Shown: positions 1 through 9,528 of the stretch, piece after piece
Numbering within the stretch: position 1 is the stretch's first letter
How the letters are laid out: each line of letters begins with the position of its first letter
Source: an uncultured Acidobacteriota bacterium
GTDB lineage: Bacteria > Actinomycetota > Acidimicrobiia > Spongiisociales > ZC4RG35
Length of the DNA stretch: 64,000 bases
Assembly (NCBI GenBank): GCA_963778755.1
Contig: CAVZVJ010000010.1
Location: forward strand, 34,207-98,206
Reading direction: 5' to 3'
Made by a program: the position numbers and the translations under genes
Notes under the pieces: model-generated
Seen by the model: the letters and a program-made list of their open reading frames with translations, nothing else
What the model was told of the DNA's origin: nothing
Database searches by the model: none

Positions 1-172
1 AGTCGAAGTGGTCGTCAGGGTCGATGATGGCGAAGATCTCAGCGTCGAGCTTGGTGAGGAACTCGGTCGCCGCCTGGCTCGCCGACTCGCCGGCGTCACC
101 CCACCCCTCGAAGGCAATCAGCGCGACCGGGTCCTGGAGGATCGGTCTGTCTAGCCATTGCAACGAGGCCAT
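1..172 (-). CDS. PAC2 (proteasome assembly chaperone-like) family protein, N-terminal part; the gene continues past the window start
   Basis: My minus-strand translation from the ATG at 172-170 gives MASLQWLDRPILQDPVALIAFEGWGDAGESASQAATEFLTKLDAEIFAIIDPDDHFD... The LIAFEGWxDAGE block is how actinobacterial PAC2 proteins typically begin. Only 57 codons lie in the window, so it is absent from the ORF track. Confidence 0.5.
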   Translation of the reverse strand, partial: MASLQWLDRPILQDPVALIAFEGWGDAGESASQAATEFLTKLDAEIFAIIDPDDHFD

Positions 173-207
173 CCCGTCAACCTACACGTTGACTCCGAAT
201 AGTTTCG

Positions 208-2430
208 TCACGACCAGTCGGGGGTGAACCTCTTCAGCCGGAGAGCGTTCAACACGACCGACAGGGACGAGAACGCCATCGCCGCCGCAGCGATCATCGG
301 GTCGAGGAGCCCGGCTGCGGCCAGGGGGATCGCGGCCACGTTGTAGCCGAAGGCCCAGAACAAGTTCTGCCGAATGGTGCGGAAGGTGGCATCGGCCAGG
401 TCGATGGCCGTTGGCACCAGGCGGGGGTCGCCGTTGAGGAGGACCACGTCGCCCGCCTCCAAAGCCACCTCGGTCCCGGAGCCAACCGCCATGCCCAGGT
501 CGGCCTGGGTCAGCGCCGGTGCGTCATTGATCCCATCCCCGACGAAGGCCACCTGGCGGCCTTCGGCCTGGATCCGTCTCACCAATTCCGTCTTGTCACC
601 CGGCATCACCTCGGCATCGATCTCTGTGATCCCGACCTGCTCGGCGATGCGGGCTGCGGTGCGCTGGTTGTCGCCGGTGACCATGCGGATGGTGATCCCT
701 GAGGTGTTGAGCCGTTTCACGGCGTCACGGGACTCTTTTCTGACCACGTCGGCAACGGCGACGACTCCCCTGACCTCACCGTCCCACCCGGCGAGAAAGG
801 CGGTCTTTCCCTCTTCCTCGAATCGGGCCAGCGCGTCCTGCCAGCGGTCCGACACCTGGAGGCCGCGGTCGACCACGAGCTTCTCCTTGCCGACGACCAC
901 CTCGTGGCCGTCGATCGACCCCACTACCCCAAGACCGGCCAGGCTCTCCACACGATCCGGTGCTCCTAGGGAGATGTCCCGTTGGTCCGCACCGAGGGCA
1001 ATCGCTTTTCCAATGGGATGGCCTGACGCCGCTTCCACCGACGCCACCAGGTGGAGAAACTTGCGTTCGTCGACCTGACTCACCACATCGGCGAGATCCA
1101 TGACGCCGGTGGTAAGTGTCCCGGTCTTGTCGAAGAGGACGGTGTCGATACTCCGTGCCCGCTCGAATACCTCGGCTTGCTTGAACAGGATCCCGATCTC
1201 GGCTCCACGCCCGCTTCCAACCATGATCGCGGTCGGGGTAGCCAGTCCCAGGGCGCAGGGGCAGGCGATGATGAGCACCGCCACGCCGGCCTGGACCGAT
1301 TCGGGCACCCCGTTGCCCAGGGCCAGCCAGACCGCCGTAGTGCCGATGGCAATAAGGATCACGATGGGGACAAAGATCGAGGAGACCCGGTCGGCAAGAC
1401 GCTGGATCGGCGCCTTCGAGTTCTGCGCCTGCTCCACCATGCGCACGATCCCGGCCAACGCTGTGTCGGCGCCAATTGCGGTGGCCCTCACGTGGAGCAT
1501 CCCTACCTGGTTGACGGTTGCGCCGAAGACCGGATCGCCGGCCTGCTTGTCGACGGGAAGCGACTCACCGGTGAGCATCGACTCGTCGATCGACGAGGAG
1601 CCGGTCTCGATGACACCGTCGGTGGGGACCTTCTCTCCGGGGAGGACGACCATCACATCGCCCGGAAGAACTTGTTCGATCGGGACCGATCGCTCGACCC
1701 CGTTCACCATCACTCGTGCCTCCCGGGCGCCGAGAGCGACCAGTTGGTGGACTGCGGTCGAGGCCCGTCCCTTGGCTCGCGCCTCGAAGGCCCGACCGAG
1801 GGTGATCAAAGTGACGATCACGCCGGAGATCTCGAAGAAGACCGGGAGATCGGCGAAAAGGGCCCAGATCGAATAGAGATAGGCCGTGATCGAACCCAGC
1901 GAGATCAGGGTGTCCATGTTGGCGCTGAAATTGCGCGCCTGTTTGATCGCCACTCTGTGGAATTGCCAACCGACCCAGATGACCACCGGGGTGACCAGGA
2001 TCCCCTGCAGGACCCGGTTCCAGAAGACCTCCGGCCCGAACATGGCGAGCAATACTGCGGGTGCGGTCAAGGCGGCGGCGATCCAGAACCGGCGCCATTG
2101 CACGTCCTCGCTGTCGTGATAGTGATCCATCAGGTCACGACCGTGCTCGCCGGACTCATGTGGTGAGATCTCGTATCCGATTTTGTCCACCGCGGCGGCG
2201 AGAGCGTCGAGATCAGCATCCGCGTTGACCCGAACCAGGGCCGAGGCGCCGGCCAGGCTCACCGAGGCGTTTTCGACACCCTCCTGACGGCCGAGGACGC
2301 GCTCGATCCTCACCGCACAGCTGGCGCAGGTCATGCCGTCGACGTCGAAGAGGACGGTTTCGGCGTGCCCGCTATGGGTGTCAGCCGAAGACGGCGTAGC
2401 CCTGTTCCTCGATGGTGTGCTTGATCGCAT
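208..2430 (-). CDS. copA: Copper-translocating P1B-type ATPase
   Basis: The ORF 208-2520 has an HMA domain ([12 protein letters not shown]), a CPC membrane metal site, the DKTGTLT phosphorylation site and the GDGINDAP hinge. The upstream part of the ORF overlaps copZ. M31 (ATG at 2430) is the last available start codon, so the start is uncertain and about 50 nt of overlap with copZ remains. Confidence 0.9.
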   Translation of the reverse strand: MRSSTPSRNRATPSSADTHSGHAETVLFDVDGMTCASCAVRIERVLGRQEGVENASVSLAGASALVRVNADADLDALAAAVDKIGYEISPHESGEHGRDLMDHYHDSEDVQWRRFWIAAALTAPAVLLAMFGPEVFWNRVLQGILVTPVVIWVGWQFHRVAIKQARNFSANMDTLISLGSITAYLYSIWALFADLPVFFEISGVIVTLITLGRAFEARAKGRASTAVHQLVALGAREARVMVNGVERSVPIEQVLPGDVMVVLPGEKVPTDGVIETGSSSIDESMLTGESLPVDKQAGDPVFGATVNQVGMLHVRATAIGADTALAGIVRMVEQAQNSKAPIQRLADRVSSIFVPIVILIAIGTTAVWLALGNGVPESVQAGVAVLIIACPCALGLATPTAIMVGSGRGAEIGILFKQAEVFERARSIDTVLFDKTGTLTTGVMDLADVVSQVDERKFLHLVASVEAASGHPIGKAIALGADQRDISLGAPDRVESLAGLGVVGSIDGHEVVVGKEKLVVDRGLQVSDRWQDALARFEEEGKTAFLAGWDGEVRGVVAVADVVRKESRDAVKRLNTSGITIRMVTGDNQRTAARIAEQVGITEIDAEVMPGDKTELVRRIQAEGRQVAFVGDGINDAPALTQADLGMAVGSGTEVALEAGDVVLLNGDPRLVPTAIDLADATFRTIRQNLFWAFGYNVAAIPLAAAGLLDPMIAAAAMAFSSLSVVLNALRLKRFTPDWS

Positions 2431-2590
2431 CGAGGTTGATTGCGGAGTCGTCATAGGTGACGTCGACCGTCGCATCGGCGATCGCCACGTCGACCGAAGA
2501 AACCCCTTCCAACGCTCCAACGGCGCCCTCGATGCTCATCTTGCAGTGATCGCAGTGGATCTCGGGAGCTTGTAGAAGTACCTGCTGCAT
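2381..2590 (-). CDS. copZ: Heavy-metal-associated (HMA) copper chaperone, CopZ-like
   Basis: This 69-aa ORF has the pattern of a ferredoxin-like HMA fold, with the metal loop [11 protein letters not shown] (CxxC). It lies immediately upstream of copA on the same strand and starts with ATG at 2590. Confidence 0.85.
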   Translation of the reverse strand: MQQVLLQAPEIHCDHCKMSIEGAVGALEGVSSVDVAIADATVDVTYDDSAINLDAIKHTIEEQGYAVFG

Positions 2591-2658
2591 CTCGTCTTAA
2601 GGGTACTTGGTGCCCGGTCCTTGGTAACTGGACGAAAAATCACCATCCTCCAAACAGG

Positions 2659-3450
2659 ATGACGGTCATCGAGGACGTAGAGCCGCAGAGCAAGGAGCTC
2701 AAGAACGCCGGCTACGAGATCTTCGTCGGCATCCTCTCGATCCTCTCGATAGTGAACATCCTTCTGCAGATCCTGGCCGATGACCCCAACCTGGACACGG
2801 TTTTGGACATCATGAACGGGCTCTTCAGCATCATCTTCCTGGGCGACTTCACCTATCGCCTGTTCACCGCGCAGTCGAAGTCTCACTATTTCTTCCGCGA
2901 GTACGGCTGGGCCGATCTGCTCGCCAGCCTGCCGTTCGACGGGGCGAAAATCCTGCGTGTCTTCCGCCTGGCGCGGGTCGTCAGGTTGTTGCGCGCCTAC
3001 GGAGTGAAGAACATCGCCCGCGGCCTGGTCGAGGATCGCGCCGGCAGCGCTCTCCTCACCTTGCTTCTCATGGGCATTCTGGTTCTCGAGTTCGGGAGTC
3101 TCGAAATCCTGTATCTCGAGCAATACGCGCCCAATGCCAACATCACATCGGCGCCCGACGCCCTGTGGTACGTAATCGTGACCATCTCCACGGTGGGCTA
3201 CGGGGACCGCTTTCCAGTCACCGGCGGGGGCCGTCTTTTTGGGGCGGTCATCATCATCATCGGCGTTGGCATCTTCGGCACCTTCACCGGCTATCTGGCG
3301 AATGTCTTTCTCTCGCCGTCCAAGAAGACCCCAGCAGAATCGGCGTCAGACAGCGATGTCCAGTCAAAGGTCAGCCAGCTCAAGAAGCTCATGGCCCAGC
3401 AGCAGGCCACGATCGACGAGATCGATCTCCGTCTGGGCGACGGCACCTGA
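2659..3450 (+). CDS. Voltage-gated-type potassium channel (ion transport family)
   Basis: It has the TVGYGD selectivity filter, an S4-like arginine ladder (RVFRLARVVRLLRAY), and hydrophobic S5 and S6 segments. Length is 263 aa. Confidence 0.85.
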   Translation: MTVIEDVEPQSKELKNAGYEIFVGILSILSIVNILLQILADDPNLDTVLDIMNGLFSIIFLGDFTYRLFTAQSKSHYFFREYGWADLLASLPFDGAKILRVFRLARVVRLLRAYGVKNIARGLVEDRAGSALLTLLLMGILVLEFGSLEILYLEQYAPNANITSAPDALWYVIVTISTVGYGDRFPVTGGGRLFGAVIIIIGVGIFGTFTGYLANVFLSPSKKTPAESASDSDVQSKVSQLKKLMAQQQATIDEIDLRLGDGT

Positions 3451-3464
3451 CTGGCCGGGCAACG

Positions 3465-3502
3465 ATCAAAAAAGAGAGCCCCGGTCGAAACCGGGGCTCT
3501 CT
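3465..3502 (-). terminator. Intrinsic terminator hairpin between convergent genes
   Basis: A perfect 12-bp stem (agagagccccgg 3473-3484 pairing with ccggggctctct 3491-3502) has the loop tcgaaa. On the minus strand it is followed by a T-run (plus-strand caaaaaag at 3465-3472). It sits about 50 nt after the stop of the 3556-3759 gene and about 20 nt after the plus-strand channel gene. Confidence 0.55.
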
Positions 3503-3555
3503 GGTTGTCTGGCTTGGGACTGGGAGGGGGAGAGGACCTGTCCCGGGCCAGAGGT

Positions 3556-3759
3556 TCAGGCGTCCTGCTCGTCCATGATCTTGCCCCGGACCCGCGGAAA
3601 GCGGACGGGGGCATGGGCGTGGCAGTACTCGGCCTTGTTGTATTGGGAAAGTTTGGTGGTGCAACCGGGCTTTGAACAGATCCGATCCGTGCTGAAACGC
3701 CGTGACGGTCTGGTCATTCCCTTGATGGCTGCCCCTTTTACGATGTCTGTCATGTTCAT
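3556..3759 (-). CDS. Small (67 aa) putative zinc-ribbon protein of unknown function
   Basis: The internal ATG at 3759 is preceded by GGAGG (ccaGGAGGgccATG). The peptide is MNMTDIVKGAAIKGMTRPSRRFSTDRICSKPGCTTKLSQYNKAEYCHAHAPVRFPRVRGKIMDEQDA and has a CxxC...CxH spacing. A terminator follows. The upstream 43 codons of the ORF-track entry are not protein-like. Confidence 0.5.
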   Translation of the reverse strand: MNMTDIVKGAAIKGMTRPSRRFSTDRICSKPGCTTKLSQYNKAEYCHAHAPVRFPRVRGKIMDEQDA

Positions 3760-3926
3760 GGCCCTCCTGGAAGTGGGCCGGTTCTCCAATAAATACGTTG
3801 AATTGTCTTCTGTGGTTCTTGGAAACGGTCGTCGAAGACCCTGCAGCCCCCAACTTTGCGTTCTCAGCCCTAAAACGAAGGTAAACAATTCCCCCGTTTT
3901 GTCTGTGATAAGACGTTGCGGACCGG

Positions 3927-5900
3927 TCAGTCGGTTCCCGTGATCCCCAGTTTACGCAAGAAGGCACCGTTGTCAGGTTCCCTACCAAGAAACCCGACCA
4001 ACATCTGATCGGCGTCCACCGAGCCGCCTTTCTCCAACACCTCACGGCGATAGGCCATTCCCACCGCCGGATTGGTGACCCCCTCCTCCTCGAAACGGCC
4101 AAACATGTCGTCGCCGAACACCTCGGCCCACATGTAGCTGTAGTAGGCGGCGTCATAGCCCGCCATGAGATGGCCGAAGGAGGCGAGGTCGAATGTCCCC
4201 TCGTGGATCGGGAGCAGGCTCAGGTCGGAGGCCTCTCGTGAGATCTGGTCCAGGTCTTTGACCGGGCCCGGGGCGTGGATGGCCTGGTCCAGCCATCCGT
4301 ACTTGAGCTGTCGCAGTTGGTGGACGGCGATGTTGAGACGACGCGCCGCCACCAATTGGTCGACCAGCGAATCCGGGATCGGTTCCCCTGTCTCGTGATG
4401 CCGTGCGAACTTCTTGAGGACATCGGCTCGCCACACCCAGTTCTGCATGATCTGGCTCGGTGCCTCCACGAAGTCGGTCTCGACGCTGGTCCCCGAGAAA
4501 CGGGCCAGTTCGGTCCGCCCCAGGTTCTGATGGAGGACATGGCCAAATTCGTGGAACAGGGTCTCCACTTCGCTGTGTTGAAGCAGGGAAGGCGTGTCGG
4601 CCGTGGGCTTGGTGAAGTTGGCCACCATGGCGCACACCGGGTTCTGATAACCGCCGTCCTCCAGCCGACGGCTGGTGATCAGGGGGAACTCGGCAGCGTG
4701 TGAGAACTTGCCCTCACGTGGGAATAGATCGAGGTAGAAGTGGGCCAGTTCCTCGCCTGATTCATGGTCATTGATCGTGTAGAGCCGAACGTCGGGATGC
4801 CAGACCTCGGGACCTGTCACCTCCTCGAAGTCGAGCCCAAAGACCGCCTGCACCATATCGAACATCCCGGTGAGCACTGCGTCCAGGGGGAAGTAGCTCG
4901 CCACTTCGAACGGGTCCACTCCATAATCGGTGCGGCGCTGCTGGGTGTCGTAATAGCGCCAGTCCCACGTGCGCACCGTCGAGTCACCGGTGTCCGCCTC
5001 GAGAAGGCCGCTCATCACGCCAATGTCCTTGCGTCCTTGCTCGGTCAGGGGCGGGATCAGCTCCTCATAGAAGACCGCCACTCGCTCAGGGTTCTTGGCC
5101 ATCCGGTCCTCGAGGCGGTGATGCGCCCAGCTCTTGACGCCGAAGTCCCCGGCGATCTCGTCGCGGAGTTTCAGTGCCTCTTCGAGGATCGGGCGATTGG
5201 CCTGCACTGCCTGAGTGTTGAACTTGAACGCGAGCTGCTCGCGCAGATCACGCCGCGTGGCATTCTCCACAAACGGGATGAAGTGGGGATAGGCGAGGGT
5301 CACTTTGAGCTTGCCGCTCTCCTCGTCCGTCTCCAACCCCTCGGCGAAACTGTCGGGTAGCCCTTCGAGATCCGAGCGGTCGACGAGAATCCAGTCGTCC
5401 CACTCGTCGATGTTGCTCTGGAAGCGAACTCCCAACTCGACGAGACGCTGTGTCTTCTCCTTGACCGAGGCCCTGACCTCGGGCGGCAGGTCGTGACCGG
5501 CAAGACGCAGGTCGCGCAGCACGAATTCGAGGTCACGAGCCCTCTCCCCTTCGAGACTTTGGGCTTCCTCGGTGGCGGCATACTCCTTGACCGCGGCGTT
5601 GAGATCGTCTCTGAAAATGACCTCGACCGCGAACTGGTTGAGCCGCTCCTCGCCCGCCTTGGCCGCGGTGCGGACATCCTTGTCGGGGTGGACGTACCCC
5701 ATGAAGACGTAACGGGTGAACGTCTTTCCTATCACATCAGCCATGCGATCCAGGGGCATCAGGGTGTTATCGAAGGTGCGGACGCCCTTGGGGGCCACCG
5801 CCTCGTCGACGATTTCTCGCGCCTCGTCAAGGGTCCGCTCCACACCACTTTCAACGGCGGCGACATCAACTGTCGCGAAGCCAAAATCCAATTCGCTCAT
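3927..5900 (-). CDS. M3-family zinc metallopeptidase (peptidyl-dipeptidase Dcp / oligopeptidase A-like)
   Basis: It has the HEFGH zinc motif in the context LFHEFGHVLH, and its length and overall pattern fit M3A. The start is placed at MSELDFGF (ATG at 5900, confirmed in the sequence). The upstream 83 codons of the ORF overlap the next gene and look non-coding. Confidence 0.9.
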   Translation of the reverse strand: MSELDFGFATVDVAAVESGVERTLDEAREIVDEAVAPKGVRTFDNTLMPLDRMADVIGKTFTRYVFMGYVHPDKDVRTAAKAGEERLNQFAVEVIFRDDLNAAVKEYAATEEAQSLEGERARDLEFVLRDLRLAGHDLPPEVRASVKEKTQRLVELGVRFQSNIDEWDDWILVDRSDLEGLPDSFAEGLETDEESGKLKVTLAYPHFIPFVENATRRDLREQLAFKFNTQAVQANRPILEEALKLRDEIAGDFGVKSWAHHRLEDRMAKNPERVAVFYEELIPPLTEQGRKDIGVMSGLLEADTGDSTVRTWDWRYYDTQQRRTDYGVDPFEVASYFPLDAVLTGMFDMVQAVFGLDFEEVTGPEVWHPDVRLYTINDHESGEELAHFYLDLFPREGKFSHAAEFPLITSRRLEDGGYQNPVCAMVANFTKPTADTPSLLQHSEVETLFHEFGHVLHQNLGRTELARFSGTSVETDFVEAPSQIMQNWVWRADVLKKFARHHETGEPIPDSLVDQLVAARRLNIAVHQLRQLKYGWLDQAIHAPGPVKDLDQISREASDLSLLPIHEGTFDLASFGHLMAGYDAAYYSYMWAEVFGDDMFGRFEEEGVTNPAVGMAYRREVLEKGGSVDADQMLVGFLGREPDNGAFLRKLGITGTD

Positions 5901-5943
5901 GGCCCGAGACGGTAGTGGAAGAGCCGGCTTGCGCTCCAAGCCA

Positions 5944-7182
5944 TCAGCGGGCCGGAGGGGTGAAGAGGGCGGTCGCCTGCTCTGTGGAGAGGGCTTCGGA
6001 GGAGTTGAACCCCTGCCGGTTGACTGCGGCCCGAATCCCGCAATTGGGGTCGGGCAGCTCCACCGGAGAGTCACTCCCGCCCAGCAGACGCACACCAGCC
6101 TCCTCCAGGGTGCGGAACGGATAGACCCGCTCCATCCTCTCGTCACCAAGCCGCTTGTGGAGCCAGGAGGCCTCGGATCCGAGGAAGGCAGGCTGCACCG
6201 AAGCCGTGACCCCGAGTCCGGCCATTCGCTCGATGGCGGCCTCCGTCAGGAGCGAGGCGTGCTCCACGCGAAGCATCGAGGGATCGGCGCCGTTGCTGAT
6301 CAGGCTGTCGAAGACATCCAAAACGGCGTCGTTGGCCCTGTCTCCGATGGCATGCAGGGCGACGCCGCCACCGATTTCGAGTGAGGCATCTGCCATGCTG
6401 AGGGCCTGCCCCGGGTAGAGGCGCAGAGTCCCGGTGGCATCCGGCTTATCGGCGAACGGCTCGTACATCGAAGCGGTATGCCCGCCAAAACTTCCGTCGG
6501 CGAAACCCTTCCAACCGGAAAAACTGAGTCGACCGTCGGCTTCCGTGATGCGTTTGGCCGCAGACACCAGATCGGCCGGGCTTTCGGTGATCACATATAC
6601 ATCGATGTCGAGGGGGAGGTCGGGGGCAAGACGACATAGGGTCTCCAGCTCATCACCAACCCCACACCAAATCGGGTCGGTCGATGAGACCATCCCGGTC
6701 ACCGATCCCAGGCCGTAGTCGAGCAAACCCCGCAATGCCTCGAGAACGTCCGCATCGGAAGGGGCCTCGGCAAGTGGGGCAATCGCGTTTCCGATCACGA
6801 GAAGGGCGGTTTCCCGCAAGACGCCGGTGGGGAATCCGGTGCGGTCCCGGTCGAAGGTCCCGCCAGGCGGGTCCGGAGTGGTGGCGTCGATCCCGGCGAG
6901 TCGGAGCGCTTCGCTGTTGGCAACTGCGATGTGCCCGCAGTAGCGGTAGAGAACCACCGGCCGGTCGGGCACGGCCTCATCGAGGTCGGTTCTGGTGGGG
7001 AGTCTGAGCTCGGCTAGGCCTTCGTCGTTGAGACGCTGACCGATGATCGCCCCCGAGGTCTGCTCTGCCCTTGCGGAGACCCGGGCCTTGACCTGGTCGA
7101 GGTCCGCAGAGTCCATCAGCTCCAGCCCGGTCTTCATCTGGGCATAGCCCATCGGATGGAAGTGGTGGTCGTGGAACATCAT
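5944..7182 (-). CDS. Amidohydrolase-family (Amidohydro_3-like) metal-dependent hydrolase
   Basis: The HxH metal motif lies at residues 5-7 ([10 protein letters not shown]). Later it has ALHAIGD, VEHASL and GSDSPV blocks typical of the YtcJ-like amidohydrolase subgroup. Its ATG overlaps the stop of the upstream gene (ATGA at 7179-7182). Confidence 0.8.
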   Translation of the reverse strand: MMFHDHHFHPMGYAQMKTGLELMDSADLDQVKARVSARAEQTSGAIIGQRLNDEGLAELRLPTRTDLDEAVPDRPVVLYRYCGHIAVANSEALRLAGIDATTPDPPGGTFDRDRTGFPTGVLRETALLVIGNAIAPLAEAPSDADVLEALRGLLDYGLGSVTGMVSSTDPIWCGVGDELETLCRLAPDLPLDIDVYVITESPADLVSAAKRITEADGRLSFSGWKGFADGSFGGHTASMYEPFADKPDATGTLRLYPGQALSMADASLEIGGGVALHAIGDRANDAVLDVFDSLISNGADPSMLRVEHASLLTEAAIERMAGLGVTASVQPAFLGSEASWLHKRLGDERMERVYPFRTLEEAGVRLLGGSDSPVELPDPNCGIRAAVNRQGFNSSEALSTEQATALFTPPAR

Positions 7183-7988
7183 CGGAGATGCGCCGGCATG
7201 TGCTCGTCGATGATCGTCCTCAGATCCTCATGGATCTTGCCGTTGGTGACGACAAAGGCGGACGGTTCCAGGTCGTTGACCGCTCCTTTGCTGTTGGTGG
7301 CGGTCCCACCGGCCTCCGTTACCAGGAGCATGGCCGCTGCCGCGTCCCAGGGCTTTACACCGTACGGCCCGGAGTGCTCCCAGTAACCATCAAAACGACC
7401 GCAGGCCACCCAAGCCATGTCGAGGGCGGCGGCTCCCATCCGTCGTGAGTCCCGGGACCGGGTCATTACCTGTTCCATGGCGCCGAGATAGGCGCCGGCG
7501 TGCTCGTGACGGTCATAGGGGAAACCGGTTGCCAGCAGTGAGTCCTCGAGAGACGCCGTGTTGGACACATGGATCGCCTGTCCGTTGCTCCGCGCCCCTT
7601 CGCCAACAGTCGCAACGAATTCCTCCTGACGGCTGACATCGATCACCACCCCGACCAAAGGCTCGCCGTTGTCCCAGAGCGCCACCGAGACGGCGACATG
7701 CGGGAGTCGGTTGACGAAGTTCACCGTGCCGTCGAGGGGATCGATGATCCAAACCCGAGGCCCGCGCCAGTTGGCGCTGCCACCGCCCTCCTCGGCGAGG
7801 ATGGAATCATCCGGGAAATGGTCTGATATGACGTCGGTCACCGCGGTTTCCGCCTCCCGATCGATGTCGGTCACCGGGTCGACGACGCCCTTCATTTCGG
7901 TGTCGAACGGCTCCTCGATGCCGCGCCGAATCACCTCGGCTCCAGCGCGCGCCGCTCTGACCGCGACCCAGAGATCACCTTCCCACAT
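7179..7988 (-). CDS. Inositol monophosphatase family protein (SuhB/ImpA/HisN-like)
   Basis: It has the DPLDGT and WDxAAG motifs (WIIDPLDGTVNF, KPWDAAAAMLLVTEAGG). The start is placed at MWEGDLWVAV (ATG at 7988, confirmed). The upstream 134 codons of the ORF are low-complexity antisense of lnt. Confidence 0.85.
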   Translation of the reverse strand: MWEGDLWVAVRAARAGAEVIRRGIEEPFDTEMKGVVDPVTDIDREAETAVTDVISDHFPDDSILAEEGGGSANWRGPRVWIIDPLDGTVNFVNRLPHVAVSVALWDNGEPLVGVVIDVSRQEEFVATVGEGARSNGQAIHVSNTASLEDSLLATGFPYDRHEHAGAYLGAMEQVMTRSRDSRRMGAAALDMAWVACGRFDGYWEHSGPYGVKPWDAAAAMLLVTEAGGTATNSKGAVNDLEPSAFVVTNGKIHEDLRTIIDEHMPAHLR

Positions 7989-8030
7989 GCCCGGCACTCT
8001 ACGGAACGCGAAATCTCTACCCTCTCGCCC

Positions 8031-9528
8031 GTGACTGGCCTGTTGCTGGTTGTCGGTGGGGCTGTTCTCTCCGCCCTCGCCTTTCCCCGAATCGGCCCCG
8101 GATGGCTGATCCTGCCCGGCGTTGCCCTCTTCCTGGCTGGCCTGCGCACCGCGACCAGTCGCAAGCAGGGCCTGGTGTTGGGAACTGCCTATGGGCTGGT
8201 GTTCAACGCCGTCCTGCTCTGGTGGTTCGTCGAGTTGGGTCTGGTAGCGGTGATCCCTCTCGTCGTCTACCAGGCCACATTTTGGGCGGCCTACGGGTGG
8301 TGGCTCTCGAAGTACAACGACCGGGGATCCGGGACCTGGTTCCTGCTTGCCGTCGGAGGCTGGGCCGTGACCGAGTTGATCCGGTATCACATGCCGGTTC
8401 TCTCTTTCGAGTGGGGGGCGGTGGGTTATGGGCTCTCCGACCAGGTGTGGGCACGGGCCCCGGCTCCCCTAGTACGGGACAACCGGGGTCACCGTGATGG
8501 CCGTCATGGCGTCCGCTTCGGTGGCAGTCCTGTGGAGGAAGCCCCGCAACTGGTGGGTCCTGGCGCCGGTGCCGGTCCTCGTCCTCGGAATGTGGTTGTC
8601 TCAGATAAGCCCAAGCCAAACGGAGATGCTTGCAGGCATGGGTGTCGCCGTTGTGCAGGGCTCCACCCCGTGCCCCTTCGAGCACTGCCCACCCGACGAA
8701 CGGCTCCGCACTTTCCAGCAGCATCTGGAACTGACCAAGACCATCGAGCCGGGTGACGTGTCCCTGGTGGTGTGGGCCGAGGGCTCGACCGGCGGTTTCA
8801 ACGCCGACCCGGTGCAGAATCCTGAGATCGGGGCGGCGATCGCCGCGGAAGCGAAACGAATCGGGGCCTGGTTCCTGGTGGGCTCGGATCGGCCGATCAG
8901 CGACACCCAATGGGTGAACGTGAACATCGTGTTCAACCCCCAGGGCGAGATCGTGGGCGAATACCAGAAGCAGCACCCGGTCCCATTCGGGGAATACATC
9001 CCGATCCGCCCTCTATTCGAATGGATCCCGGCGTTGGATCAAGTTCCCCGGGACATGATTCCCGGCGATGGGCCGGTGGTGTTCGACCTCGGCAACGGGG
9101 TGATGATGGGCTCGGTGATCTCATTCGAGGGCGGCTTCTCCCGTTATCCGAGACAGCACGTGAAGGAGGGAGCGAACTTCATCGTGGTCGCCACAAATGA
9201 GGCTTCCTACGGGACCACCCCGGGTTCCGACCAGTTCATCGGGATGACCCGAATGCGGGCCGCCGAGTTAGGGCTGGATGTGGTCCACGCTGCGGTGACC
9301 GGCAGGTCGACCTTCATCGGATCGAATGGTGACGTGGGTGAGGAGACCGGGCTGGGCACCCAGGAGGTGATTTATGGCACGGTTGGGATTGGCCGCACCC
9401 CCTCCATCTACGCCCGGACCGGCGACGTCCTGATGATCTCCGCCGCCGCTATCGGTCTGATCACTTGGTGGCGGGCGCGCCAGCCTCTGGTAGCTTCCGC
9501 CGACCCCGAGGAGGAAGAGAGCCAATGA
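8031..9528 (+). pseudogene. lnt: Apolipoprotein N-acyltransferase (Lnt); reading frame interrupted near 8474
   Basis: The N-terminal multi-TM domain is in ORF 8031-8756 (...LSFEWGAVGYGLSDQVWARAPAPLV). The rest of the membrane domain plus the CN-hydrolase domain (VVWAEGSTG..., VISFEG...) is in ORF 8494-9528, which is in a different frame. The second frame is open from 8473 (YGTTGVTVMAVMASA...). One extra base around gtaCggg joins the two parts. Confidence 0.85.
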
